A stretch of DNA of 62,619 bases, counting the filler, from Globobulimina sp. (lineage: Eukaryota), in NCBI GenBank assembly GCA_003354225.1. It is 18 parts of 18 records of this genome, joined end to end, with 100 filler letters (N's around TTAATTAATTAA, not from the genome) between each part and the next. Parts side by side here need not be neighbours in the genome. Positions count along the whole stretch, not along the records: positions 48,799 to 52,180 come from PIVH01002942.1; positions 52,281 to 55,660 come from PIVH01002943.1; positions 55,761 to 59,140 come from PIVH01002944.1; positions 59,241 to 62,619 come from PIVH01002945.1; 14 more parts are not named here. One strand, written 5' to 3'. Within the stretch, counting starts at the first letter, position 1. The number at the start of each line of letters is the position of its first letter. A program made the position numbers and the translations under genes. Under the pieces are notes generated by a model. The model ran no database searches and had not been told where the DNA came from. It saw nothing but the letters and a program-made list of their open reading frames with translations. Shown here one piece after another: positions 48,799 through 60,116 of this stretch.

Positions 48799-50943
48799 TC
48801 CAACGGCATTGCAACCATAAGGAATTTTAATGGCAACTTTAAATTTAGCGCCAAAACGGATGGCTTTATTGTTAGGTTTTGCGCCTCGACGGTATACACT
48901 TTATTTGCTTCCAAGAATATTATGGCTTCCTTCAACATTCCACAGTCTCAACCATTAAAAAAATACATTCAATCCAAATCCTTTGCCAATGCCTACAAAA
49001 TTGCCTGTTTAGGTGTGACCGAATTTGAGTGGAAAAATTTAGGATTGAAAGCAATCGAATCGATGAGGTTTGATATCGCCAGAAAAGCATTCACAAACTT
49101 AAAGTGTATAAAAGAGATTATAAAATATACAGAGTTTGTAAATTTCCTTCAAATGAAATATGAAAATAATAAGAAAGATCAACATAAACATAATTTATTG
49201 CTGGCGGATATTTTAGCATTTCAAGGACAGTTTGATAAAGCCGCTAAAATATATTGCAACAATAATAAATACGAAAGAGGCATTGAAATGTATTTAGATT
49301 TAAGAGATTGGCGCAGCGCAAAAGAATTAATTCAAAGATATTCAAATAACAATAACAACAATGATAAACTGTTATATTCAATGAATGATTTGTTATTAAA
49401 ACAGGCCAAATGGTTACAATCGCAAGGCGATAAAATATCCGCTGCGGAAATGTATTGGGCAGCAAAACAATATAAATCCGGATTTGATATCTTATTCGAA
49501 ACAAAACAATATGACATTATTAAACCAAAAATATTATCCTTGTTATCACAAAACATGCAACAAAAGAATGAGCAATTAACTGTTTTTTATGAATATATTG
49601 CAGGCAAATTCAAGAAATTGAATGATATTTCATTTGTGAAAGAGATATATATCGCCACCAAGAACTATTCCAAATTGATTGAGATTTATATTGAAAGAGA
49701 AGAGTGGGACGAAGCCTTTATAATTATTAAGGAACACAAGGAAATGAAGAAAGATATATTATTGCCCTATGCGCGATGGTTGGCACTGAATGACAAATTC
49801 GATCAAGCTTCGAAAGCATTTCATGAAGCTGGCTTTCCAGAAAACGCCATTAAGATTTTAAACAACTTAACAAGGAATTGTTTGATACAAAAGAAATATA
49901 ACGACACTGCTTATTATTACTGGTTATTAGCAATCGAACATTTAAAATTTGGACATATGGATAAATTCCAATTATTTAAACACAAATCGCTGTTATATTA
50001 TGCATATAATATTATTAATCAATACATTGAATCGCCGTTTACTTCATATACAGCGGAGACTTTGTTCCATTCCGCCCTGTTTGCATTAAGTTGCTGCGAT
50101 GGTGAGGACGGTCACGGTGTTGATAGTCAGATATCCACAGTTTCATTGTTATATATTTTATGCAAACAGTGTATTATTTTGGGTGCCTATAAATTTGGGC
50201 GAAGTATTATTTGCAAGGTAATTACATTACGAATGCCGCCGGAATGGAGAGAGAAAATAGAATTGGATTCATTGATAATTAGAACACGGCCATTTAGTGA
50301 TCCACCGCATTTATCGTCATATGTTTGTGCCAGATGTTCCACCACAAATTATAATAATAACAATACCCAAAACTGTAGGCATTGTAGGCATACATTTATT
50401 CGATGTATGATATCTTTCCAGACATTGCCTTTGGTTGAATTCAAAATTGTTGATTCTTTATCGCATGATGAGGCTATCCAGCTCATACAAAGAGAACCAG
50501 CAAGAAAACATAATAAAGCATTGATCAATGAGAGTTTTGATGGTGAACAGAATGATGAAAACCAAGACGTAAATGTTATGACATTGGACGATATGAATGA
50601 GGATGCGGAAGAGGATGATAATGATGTATTTTATCAACAGTTGATGGATTTTGACAGTGCAGATCATGATGGCGGAAATATTGACGATGAATTTAAGAAA
50701 TCGTGCATCATTTTGGATGGCATAGCATTGGAAAAAATAAATCCATGCGAGATTTTTGTGATTGATTATAGAAAATATTTCAAAGATATGATACCGAAAT
50801 ATTACCGGTGTATTGTACCAGAGGAATGCTATGATATTATAAAATGTCTGAACTGTCAATTTTTATTTCTTGGCGAAGAATATGAAGTTGCATTGATTAA
50901 TAATGGTCATTTGTGCCCATTTTGTAGGTACAAGTTTTCTTGA
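48799..50943 (+). CDS. IFT122: Intraflagellar transport protein 122 (IFT-A), C-terminal portion
   Basis: AYKIACLGVT..EW..LG, FDIARKAF, LLADILAFQGQFDKAAK, PYARWLA..DKFD.A..AFH.AG, AYYYWLLA, and a C-terminal Zn region ending CPFCR. Confidence 0.93.
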   Translation, partial: SNGIATIRNFNGNFKFSAKTDGFIVRFCASTVYTLFASKNIMASFNIPQSQPLKKYIQSKSFANAYKIACLGVTEFEWKNLGLKAIESMRFDIARKAFTNLKCIKEIIKYTEFVNFLQMKYENNKKDQHKHNLLLADILAFQGQFDKAAKIYCNNNKYERGIEMYLDLRDWRSAKELIQRYSNNNNNNDKLLYSMNDLLLKQAKWLQSQGDKISAAEMYWAAKQYKSGFDILFETKQYDIIKPKILSLLSQNMQQKNEQLTVFYEYIAGKFKKLNDISFVKEIYIATKNYSKLIEIYIEREEWDEAFIIIKEHKEMKKDILLPYARWLALNDKFDQASKAFHEAGFPENAIKILNNLTRNCLIQKKYNDTAYYYWLLAIEHLKFGHMDKFQLFKHKSLLYYAYNIINQYIESPFTSYTAETLFHSALFALSCCDGEDGHGVDSQISTVSLLYILCKQCIILGAYKFGRSIICKVITLRMPPEWREKIELDSLIIRTRPFSDPPHLSSYVCARCSTTNYNNNNTQNCRHCRHTFIRCMISFQTLPLVEFKIVDSLSHDEAIQLIQREPARKHNKALINESFDGEQNDENQDVNVMTLDDMNEDAEEDDNDVFYQQLMDFDSADHDGGNIDDEFKKSCIILDGIALEKINPCEIFVIDYRKYFKDMIPKYYRCIVPEECYDIIKCLNCQFLFLGEEYEVALINNGHLCPFCRYKFS

Positions 50944-51055
50944 CAAATGCGGTTTTATTTAATTTAGTTAGTTTTTCATGCATATGTTCATTCATACAAT
51001 TAAAAATCACCACAACAAAAGCAAACAACAATAGTGATATGATCAAGATCGTTTT

Positions 51056-52180
51056 TCACAGTATGTCTTTGTTTATTTTTCTTTTTCTGTAATATAAAAT
51101 ATATGCATTTGATGATACCAATGCATCAATAGCTACTTTTGCTGTAATAATATCATCAAAACAGTACCATTGCGAATTATCCAAATTTTTAGTGTATGCA
51201 AAATACACTTTATCCCCACGATTATAATTAGCGGTATGATTTGTGATTGCATATAAATCATAAAGTGCATCATCATTACATAGTAAATAAGATGATAAAT
51301 CCAACCCTGTCAACGGAAATTGGACCAATGTATTTATGCGATCTCTATAATTAAATCTTTCTAAACGTATAATTAATATATTTGGTGAAGTTGATAAATT
51401 AATTTGCTTTGTTGGACATTTTAAATCTTTACATTGTGGGCATTTCCATGCAGTATCCGCTAATTTAGTTTCTTCACAAAATGACTCAATACATTGCATT
51501 AAGTTGACGGACTTAATAATGTTTTGTTTTGCATCCAATGCTGGTGCTGATACATCACGTATTCTATTCACTGTATCATACAATGCCGATTTATATTGAT
51601 TTCTATCTTTCCAATGAATCACAAACTTTAACTCTCTTTTCTGTAAATCAAATATTTCATCATCGTCATAAACTAATCTGTGAATACTGTTCCTTGCCAT
51701 CATTGGCCATGCTGCCCAGAATTCAAATGGCAAAATGTCGATATCATCTGTTTGATTAAATTCATTTTTAAAAAACGGTTCAATTATTTTCCATAAACTA
51801 GTATATATTTGCTTGACTGTCACAGGTGTTTGCTTTGAGAATCTAACTAATAATGGAAAGCCAATCGGTTCATCCTCATATCTGTCGGGTGGATCATCCA
51901 TAAACAGCCGCCGAGCTATCATTCTGCATTGATTATTGACTACAAATGTGGTGGTATTTGCTGCTGGCCCCGGTACGTGATATATAAAAATATCATCAGC
52001 CTTTCTGTTAATGTCAGACACCTGATCATGTCTTCTTAATTCACGATGAATTCGACTTTTCCATATATCACAAACAAACAGATCTGCAGCATACACAACT
52101 GGATGAATAAATACATACAACTCACAAAATAGTTGTATGATACCATGAGGGATTACCCGCCTAAACAGGTTTTCGCATTT
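51056..52180 (-). CDS. Ubiquitin-specific protease (C19) C-terminal-half homologue with degenerate His box, 5'-partial
   Basis: LMQCIESFCEETKL…WKCPQCK…PNILIIRLERF…VQFPLTGLDLS…YDLYAITNH…WYCFDD…AYILYYRKR. Confidence 0.85.
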   Translation of the reverse strand, partial: KCENLFRRVIPHGIIQLFCELYVFIHPVVYAADLFVCDIWKSRIHRELRRHDQVSDINRKADDIFIYHVPGPAANTTTFVVNNQCRMIARRLFMDDPPDRYEDEPIGFPLLVRFSKQTPVTVKQIYTSLWKIIEPFFKNEFNQTDDIDILPFEFWAAWPMMARNSIHRLVYDDDEIFDLQKRELKFVIHWKDRNQYKSALYDTVNRIRDVSAPALDAKQNIIKSVNLMQCIESFCEETKLADTAWKCPQCKDLKCPTKQINLSTSPNILIIRLERFNYRDRINTLVQFPLTGLDLSSYLLCNDDALYDLYAITNHTANYNRGDKVYFAYTKNLDNSQWYCFDDIITAKVAIDALVSSNAYILYYRKRKINKDIL

Positions 52181-53298
52181 NNNNNNNNNNNNNNNNNNNN
52201 NNNNNNNNNNNNNNNNNNNNNNNNTTAATTAATTAANNNNNNNNNNNNNNNNNNNNNNNNNNNNNNNNNNNNNNNNNNNNGATGAAAAAAGAACAGTATA
52301 TAAAGTTGTATGGTACAATATGGATTTTTATGTATTAATCTTTGAAAATGCGAAATCGAAACATAAAACTAAGGTATAGTAGTGGGAACACATTCGGCTT
52401 AAAATATAAATAACAAACAGTTACAATATTAAAAACAAATGCGAGATTGGTTGCTTCAAACATACAAACATGCCAACAATGTATATTAACATCCCGATCT
52501 CCCTCTGCGTTGGAAGAGGACCTTAATCAAACTGGTGCAGATTCTAACACGAAGCCGCTTTCCAATGAGCAAAATAATGATGTATGCCACACCATATACC
52601 AATACATCTTTTACACCAGTTTTAATGCGGCATTTTAACGGGCATAGCACTATAAATAACCCTAAATTCCATTGACTTCACAAAACTTCAGTGCAAGGAT
52701 AACACATCTCATTCAATTAGAAAAGATTTCTAAAGAAGAGAGTATCCGAGCAGAGTGATGAATAAACACCACACAATTCCTTAACAGCTCCAAACAAACA
52801 ACCAACACCAACCATAACTGAACAGGAAAATATCGCTGCTCAAATCACAATTGGAAAATCTAAAAAAAGCCATAGCCAATAACAAAACCATGGAGTGTCT
52901 CTCCAGCTGCAATCATCCATCATCGCGGTACTAATGGACGAAGGGATAAAATAATAGCAGAGAGGTGGCGTGTTGTCTGCCACCTAATGTTTGATTCAAT
53001 GTCCCAATCACAGTGTAAATTAGTTACAATTGCATTGGGCGTGCATTTTCGGTCTCAAAATTATACACGCCATATAATATCTCACGTGAACAGCTGCCTA
53101 AAATCCAACGGGCTTACTCAGCAACAACAGTTGTGCAGTTATGATCTGCCTGCAACGTACAGAGCAGAGCCTAAAAGTGATGATCCAAGGGATCTTTACA
53201 CGTGACGGATTCCCGGTCACATGGTGGAGAAAGATGAGAGCGGAGTGGAAGTGAAGTTTTCGAGCAGAACATGTCATAATTTTGCTGAATTTTAAACA

Positions 53299-54759
53299 AT
53301 GCACCCTCGTTACGCACCATTTAAAGCAGATTCCTCAGCAAATACAAATGTGAATGATCACACAAAGACAGATTACTGGCAATATAAAGGTGGTAACATT
53401 AAATTGGACAAAGCTAAACTAACAGCAACGAAATCAAAAGCTAAATATGGATACAACTCAGCATTTGGATCAATCTCAGTGTCGCATGGCAAACATATTT
53501 GGAAGATAGAAATTGTGCGTTTGACAAAGAAAATTTGTGTTGGAATATCATCCTCAATAAAAACAACGGAGATAAACTTCCATAAACAAGCAACATATCC
53601 ACATTATGCATACACTTCGCGAGCAACCAAAATATCGCAAAACACACAGTATGAAGAATATGGAATGAATATGAAATGTGGCCAAATCATAACAATCATT
53701 TTAGATTTAAATAATGGATATATTTCGTTTATGAATAATTGTCATGATTTAGGCATTGCTTTTAAACAAATTGATGTTGGAAAGAATATAAGTTATCGTT
53801 TAGCGGCAAGTATTTTGGACAAAAATGATTGCATAAAAATCATTGGATATGGACAGTTATTTGATGATGGCGATGATGGCGACGATGGCTTTGATGATGA
53901 AAAGGAATTCGAGTTCAAACAAGAAAATGAGAAAATAAAACCATTATTAATTCAAAGTATAAGAGAGGAAATCAGTAAATATAAAGAATGTATTTTTTCA
54001 TTAAAAGCAGAAATAGTGTCAAAATCAGGGGGGTTTGAAGAGGAAATGAATAATTTCGATATTTCATTTAAACGGCAATTACATGAACAAGAAAATGAAA
54101 ATCAAGCAAAAATCAATCGATTTAAAATTGAAAATGAAAAGTTGTTGACTCTGAAAACTGAGTGTAATGCAAAAATTGATTGGTTGACAAATGAAAATAA
54201 AAAATATAGCAAAAATATTCAATTGTTAACCAAACAAAACGAAAAACAAACAAACGAATTATTGCAAAATATATCTGGAATGCAAGAAACGTTAAGAAAT
54301 AAAGAAAATAAATGTGAATCTGATAAAAATGAATTAAGAGAAGAAAATATCAAATTGATAGAAAACGAGAAATGTATTCAAATGGAATTAGGAGAGCAAA
54401 GGAAAGAAATTGAGAGATTAACACAGCAAAACAAACAAATGAAAGAAAAGCAACAATTATTAGATAAATATAAGGCATTGACAGAAAAATATAAATCTGT
54501 CGAAAACGAAAAGAATGAGTTGCAACGGAAAAATGAAGAATTAATTACAGATAAAAATAAATTAAAAATTGAATCCAAAAAAATAAAACAAAAATTGATG
54601 AAATCGTTAGGAAATCAGAAATCTGTCAAAATGGAATTACTAAACAATTTGAGAAAAAAACTAAAAAAAATAGAAACATTTATATTCCCAGATATAGATA
54701 TTGGACATGAACAGGCTAAAAAAATGATATATATTCCCGGCTACAGATATTCAATCTGA
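53299..54759 (+). CDS. SPRY-like domain plus coiled-coil protein
   Basis: 'HGKHIWKIEI…ICVGI…GQIITIILDLNNGYISF…DLGIAF…YRLAASI' followed by an E/K/N-rich coil. Confidence 0.75.
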   Translation: MHPRYAPFKADSSANTNVNDHTKTDYWQYKGGNIKLDKAKLTATKSKAKYGYNSAFGSISVSHGKHIWKIEIVRLTKKICVGISSSIKTTEINFHKQATYPHYAYTSRATKISQNTQYEEYGMNMKCGQIITIILDLNNGYISFMNNCHDLGIAFKQIDVGKNISYRLAASILDKNDCIKIIGYGQLFDDGDDGDDGFDDEKEFEFKQENEKIKPLLIQSIREEISKYKECIFSLKAEIVSKSGGFEEEMNNFDISFKRQLHEQENENQAKINRFKIENEKLLTLKTECNAKIDWLTNENKKYSKNIQLLTKQNEKQTNELLQNISGMQETLRNKENKCESDKNELREENIKLIENEKCIQMELGEQRKEIERLTQQNKQMKEKQQLLDKYKALTEKYKSVENEKNELQRKNEELITDKNKLKIESKKIKQKLMKSLGNQKSVKMELLNNLRKKLKKIETFIFPDIDIGHEQAKKMIYIPGYRYSI

Positions 54760-55172
54760 TAACAAAAGCGTTTCTGTATATTTCTACAAAATAATTATTA
54801 ACGATTTTAAGACTTTGTACATGTCCTTTAAAGAAAGCGCTGCGTAGTAAACAATATTAGAAACTGACAATTAATCCTTGCACAGAATGAGAATGAGTCA
54901 TTGCAAGGCATGCATTCTGATTATATTTGCTTTAATTTGCGCCGGAATTTTGGTTTATGAATTAAGAATGTCAAGAGCAATACATCCATTTCTTCAATTT
55001 GTGCTCCATCCGCATAACCTCGCAATTCATCAAAATACTGTGGCCAAATCGCTCTGTTATATGCAACTAAATCGCGGAAATCAACCGAACATTCTGTCAA
55101 TAAACAACGTCGAAGATTGCTTAAAGTGGGATATGCTAGAAATCAACTTTTTTTAATCATTTGCGAATTGTT

Positions 55173-55383
55173 GGAAGGAAAATAGGTTAATAATAAAATG
55201 TTAAAGGTAACATTTAACTTTTTGCTTTTCAGTTTGAAATTACTGTTTTTTACTGTAAACTCTTTGAATTTACAGTTTTTTACAAATTATTCAAAATAAA
55301 ACATTGAAAGTCAAAATTGAATTGTTAAAGGTTGTGTTTCATCGGGAACCATTAACATTTTATTATTAACCTATTTTCCTTCC
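55173..55383. mobile_element. MITE (211 bp) with 32-bp perfect TIR (GGAAGGAAAATAGGTTAATAATAAAATGTTAA) and 8-bp TSD GAATTGTT; Merlin-like termini
   Basis: gaattgtt|GGAAGG…CCTTCC|gaattgtt. Confidence 0.88.
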
Positions 55384-55423
55384 GAATTGTTAGAGAAAAA
55401 CATGAATTCATAGATCGACAGAT

Positions 55424-55535
55424 CATGATCTCACTGTGATCTATATGCTCTATGATCTGACTATGATCTGACTGTGATCTGACTATGATCTGTGATCTTA
55501 CTATGATCGCACTGTGATCTTACTGTGATCTAACT
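55424..55535. repeat. Minisatellite with approximately 11-bp unit TGATCT(G/T)ACT(A/G)
   Basis: About ten degenerate tandem copies. Confidence 0.85.
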
Positions 55536-55760
55536 ATAACTATAAATAATATTATTAAATAATAAAAAGATACATATCTAACTATTTTCAAGGTCAAATT
55601 TGTAGCACATTTGAGCCAATGTATCTTCATCAACTTTCATGGCTTTAGAAGCCTCTTTAANNNNNNNNNNNNNNNNNNNNNNNNNNNNNNNNNNNNNNNN
55701 NNNNTTAATTAATTAANNNNNNNNNNNNNNNNNNNNNNNNNNNNNNNNNNNNNNNNNNNN

Positions 55761-56134
55761 AAAAAACCGGCGGCATCCAATCCACTCTGTATCGAAAACC
55801 ATGCCAATATACATCCAATAAATAAAAATGTATCCGATGCAATAAATAATGAATATCCTGCTTTCACGTTATCTTCATTTTGTGCTCGATGGTGTCGATG
55901 GTCGATAGAATTTGCGGTTAATTCTGCTATGACAAATATAAAATAAGCAATGATCCAACGAGACAATCGATCTTCTCTATTGTTTAAATCTAATGATAAT
56001 GGATCGCCCATAGGTCTAGTATTGATATTAAATAATCCATCATTGGTTTTTGATTTTCTTGATAAAGACTCTAAAGAATCATATTGTAGATTACTAGGCA
56101 GAGAACTGTCTGTGATTGAGGTAGTATCCGACAT
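55761..56134 (-). CDS. Hypothetical membrane protein, 3'-partial
   Basis: Two hydrophobic segments. Confidence 0.5.
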
Positions 56135-56323
56135 GTTACAAACACAGGAAAAACTAAAATTTATACCTCAAAATGTGGAATCGGACTTTGTTCTGTCGAT
56201 TGGTTTGATAACAAATACATCATTAATTAATATCAATTCGTAAGAAATAGCAAGTCTTTATGGCAAAAACACAACATACACATTACACACTCAAATACCA
56301 ATATCACACATTTACAGACACAT

Positions 56324-58500
56324 TCAATCGACATATATTAACAAATGATCAGGAAAGTCAATCTCTGAATCACTTTCATCATCAACAGTTTCATCAATCT
56401 CGTCAATGACATGAATCATTGGTTTAGCAATTTTATTATAACTACAATTAGAATTGTTATTTATTATTGTTTTTGCAATTGGTTTAAGAATAACTGTGGA
56501 TTCATTCAAATTTGTAATAGAATTTTCGTTCCTTTTATTATCAATTTGAATTTGTGGCACATTCACACGGAAACTTGATAAACGTCTCCCAAATGCACTA
56601 ATTGAGGATAACTGAATAATCCCCGAATGCATTGGATCTAATTCTTCAACAATACCATCCACGTTAATTGCATCCATCTTCGCGGCTAAAACAAAAGCAA
56701 AAACACAAAATCAAAATCGAAAAAACCAATCTGTTTGGCATATTACATACGTTTGCTCATTATTTTCCTAAACATAACCACAGAAATCGAAGACCTATGT
56801 CCCTCATTTGGACTCAACGAACCTGTCACAGAATCATTGCTTGAATATCCAATCGGTGATTGTATGCATGGTATTTGTATACCTGCCGGCATTGACAACG
56901 GTGATCCCGCAGTTCCTACTTGTTGCTGTTTCTGTTTTTGTAAATCTGTTTTTTTTTCTTGTTCACCGTCACTATTACTATCAATCTGAAAGTCATAATC
57001 TTCAAAATCAACTTCAATTTCGTCCATTAAATCTTCCAACAATATATCTGTCTGTTTCTCGTTATTACTGTCATCGTTCTTTGCCTCTGCAGTCAGCGAA
57101 CGCATCCTTGTATGTATCAAATCATTTCGAATCACAGAATCTTGTATTAAACTCATTGCAATTTTCATTTCTAATAAAATATCTTCAGATCTCTTACGTA
57201 TATGTTCATTTTTGTTGGAACAGGGATTATAATCAATATCTTTCATATAACAATTCAACTGATTCTGTAATATATATATCATAATATCTTCTTCATCCAC
57301 AAATCCATCCTTATTGCTGTCCAATTCTTGAATTCCTTGGATTAATATCGCCTTTTCTTTATCATTCATTTCAGATAAAATCGAATTTATTAATATCCCT
57401 TGCAACTGACTTTTAAAATTAAAATTGTATAATGTTTCCATTAATGTTTGACCCAAGTTTTGATTATTTTTGTTGCCAGTGATCCATCGATGATTCAACG
57501 CATCGCTGGCAAGGAAACGTTTGGTTGGATCGGGGTCTAATAAATGCAAAATAAATTCTTTGCAGTCATCACTTAAGTTTACATTTTTGGGCCAGTCAAA
57601 TGTCCCTTTTTTAATATTTTTTATAATTTCTTTTTGTGAGTTACCAAAAAAAGGTAGTTTCCCTGACAATATTAAATAGGAAACAATGCCAACACTCCAC
57701 ACATCGCCTTTCTTCAACTCCCACCCTTTGCGGCCATTTTCATTGAATATTTCCGGTGGGAAATAATGCAAACTGCCATGGATCTGCTGATAAATATAAC
57801 TTTCATTTTTTATTTCTTCACTCAGGCCGAAGTCTATGATTTTCAAAACTTGTTTTTTGTCTTTTTTGTCTGTATTAAAAACAATATTATTTAGTTTTAG
57901 GTCGAGATGAGCGATATGGAGTCGATGCATAAATTCTACTGTTTCTAATATGTTTTTTATGTAATTGGCTGCGATTTGTTCACTGAAATGAGTATCGGAG
58001 ATAATGCGTTCTAACATTGTTCCACCGCTACAATATTCTAAACAAATATAGAAATTACAAGTATCCATATAAACATTATGTAGTTGTACGATATTCTGAT
58101 GTTTAATCTTTCGTAGTATACAAACTTCTGAATAAAATAACGATGCATTCTTCGCAACGGAACGTGTCATTTCTTTGAGTGCAAACAATTTGTTGTCTTT
58201 TCTATGTTCAACTAACAATACCCGACATGATGCACCTTTCCCTAACTGCTTTTTATAACGAAATGTGGATGAAATGGAACAGCAATGGTTTTGTTTTGGA
58301 ATTAGTGATATTGCTTTTAATTCAACATATGACAATGTGTCATCGTCATCAATATTGTAATGCAAATCCGATGCTGACTGTTGAGTATATTGTGTAGAAA
58401 GAGTGTGCGATGAATGCGTGGTTTGGCAATCATTAGCTTCGTCCGTTATTGATATCATAGTAAGCCCATTTTCATGGAGGTTTGTGGTGCTGTTACCCAT
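56324..58500 (-). CDS. Ca2+-dependent (CDPK/CAMK-like) Ser/Thr kinase with EF-hands and probable N-myristoylation (intron 56686-56750)
   Basis: MGNSTT, LGKGASCRV, FALKEM, HLDLKLNN, IIDFGLS, DVWSVG, and EF-hand ELDSNKDGFVDEED. A second degenerate EF-hand (ELDPMHSGIIQ) is in exon 2. Confidence 0.9.
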
Positions 58501-58670
58501 TGTGACTAAGTAGTAAGTTCAGAAAAAAAACAAAGTTCAGAAATACTTCAGAAGTGTAGTGGTACAAAAAGGACGTTAGATTCACAAAGGAATTAAAATG
58601 GTTTTCTATTAAATAACATTAAAAAAAAACAAACAAAAAAGGAAAATTCAATTTTAAGCACAGTAATAAT

Positions 58671-59140
58671 TTAATATTCATTTTCAGAAATATTGACAGT
58701 GACCGATTGTTGGACGGATGTATTGATTGATTGCCTTGTTGATAATTTTGCGCTTTTTGACATTTGCGTTAAATGATGCATGATTCCACTTTTCTTTGTT
58801 GGATATCTTTTTAATAATTCAGTGATCTTCCACAATAAAACAGCATTGCTTATTAAAAATATAATAAATACAACACCGCCGGAATACAAATTGATTTCAA
58901 CGGTTGCTTCGTCAAACATAACCACTAAAATCTGCGCTAAAATATGTAACACCAATAATAACTTTGCGACATGAAAGAAATAATCCAATATCGTCGCATA
59001 TGGTGTCGGAGGCAGAGACTCCGAGATTGTAATCTTAAAAGTAAATAAACACAGTAATAAGGTGGCAATCACCGATAATCTCTTTGCCAATGGATGTGGC
59101 GCACAAAAATAAATGGAAAATGCAAATATCTCAATCAATA
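58671..59140 (-). CDS. Pentameric ligand-gated ion channel (Cys-loop family) transmembrane region, 5'-partial
   Basis: 'RLSVIATLLLCLFTFKITISESLPPTPYATILDYFF' matches the M2-M3 signature. Confidence 0.8.
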
Positions 59141-59284
59141 NNNNNNNNNNNNNNNNNNNNNNNNNNNNNNNNNNNNNNNNNNNNTTAATTAATTAANNNN
59201 NNNNNNNNNNNNNNNNNNNNNNNNNNNNNNNNNNNNNNNNAACAGCCCGAATTACGGTGGCTGCACCGCTAACCAGGTCGCCAC

Positions 59285-59991
59285 CGGCCAGATAGACCGA
59301 GCCGGTACAACACAACCCCTCGCTCTCACGAAGGCCCTGTCGGGCTCTTGCCACGGCCTCCGCCGCGTCCTCGACCCGCTCGATTTCGAGCCGCGGAGCC
59401 AGCGAGCGGATTCGATCGCTCAATAGCCCGGGGTCGAGGGAGCGCATGGCGTCGGCTCGCGTGCACCAGACCCTGTGCACGTGGGGAAGCAGAGCGCGGA
59501 GAATCGGGTCCAGGTCCTTGTCGCTCGAGACTGAGAGCACCAGGTGCATTGCCTTGCCATCGAAGCGCTCGAGCTCTCTGCCAAGGGAGAGCGCCGAAGC
59601 CTCGGTATGAGCCGAGTCCACCAGCACGAAGGGCCGCTGCCCGATGCGCTCCAGGCGACCCGGTAGATGTGCCGAGGGCAGACCCTCGCGAGCGGCTTCG
59701 GCCAGCCCAGTGGCATCGATCCCGTCGAGCTGCTCCACGGCCGCAATCGCCAGCGCCGCGTTGTCGAGCTGATGGCGACCGAGCACATTCAGCTCGAACT
59801 CCAGCTCACGACCCGCCGACGTGCGATAGCACGCCACGCGTACCCCCGCGCCAGCGTCAGCGCGCACCTCGACCTCGAAGTCGACACCCAGGCGCAGCAG
59901 GGGCGCCGCCCGCTCAGCGGCCCGCTGCACGATCACGCTCTCGGCCTCGGGCCCCACTCGCCCCACCACACAGGGCACTCCTGGCTTGATG
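59285..59991 (-). CDS. folC: Fragment of bacterial bifunctional folylpolyglutamate synthase/dihydrofolate synthase, GC-rich
   Basis: IKPGVPCVVG, LGRHQLDNAALA, LPGRLE, VLVDSAHT, DKD and CTGSVYLAG. GC content is sharply higher than the rest of the contig. Confidence 0.9.
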
Positions 59992-60116
59992 TGAGTGTTT
60001 TTTCGTTGAGAAAATACTTTAATTTGCGATTTTGCAAATTTAAAATTCAAACAACTTTGAAAAAGTGGAGTAGTTTGAATTGTTTGTGATTCTAATGTTT
60101 CACTCATTCAATTCAA

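Noticed and set aside
52480-53290. Possible decayed recombinase or transposon remnant on the minus strand (e.g. 'LLLAMAFFRFSN')
   Set aside because: Many stops and no complete motif set; it cannot be supported by eye.
55424-55535. Tandem 11-bp repeats as a CRISPR or iteron array
   Set aside because: The units are contiguous without spacers and the context is eukaryotic; this is a simple minisatellite.
3389-59240. Regularly spaced identical TTAATTAATTAA motif, superficially like a repeat array or CRISPR
   Set aside because: It is an artificial six-frame-stop linker inside N padding between concatenated contigs.
59193-60107. 304-aa ORF as a genuine eukaryote-targeted FolC
   Set aside because: The N-terminal 40 aa are AT-rich unrelated sequence and the catalytic N-terminal half of FolC is missing. 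The open frame is probably coincidental across a chimeric junction.
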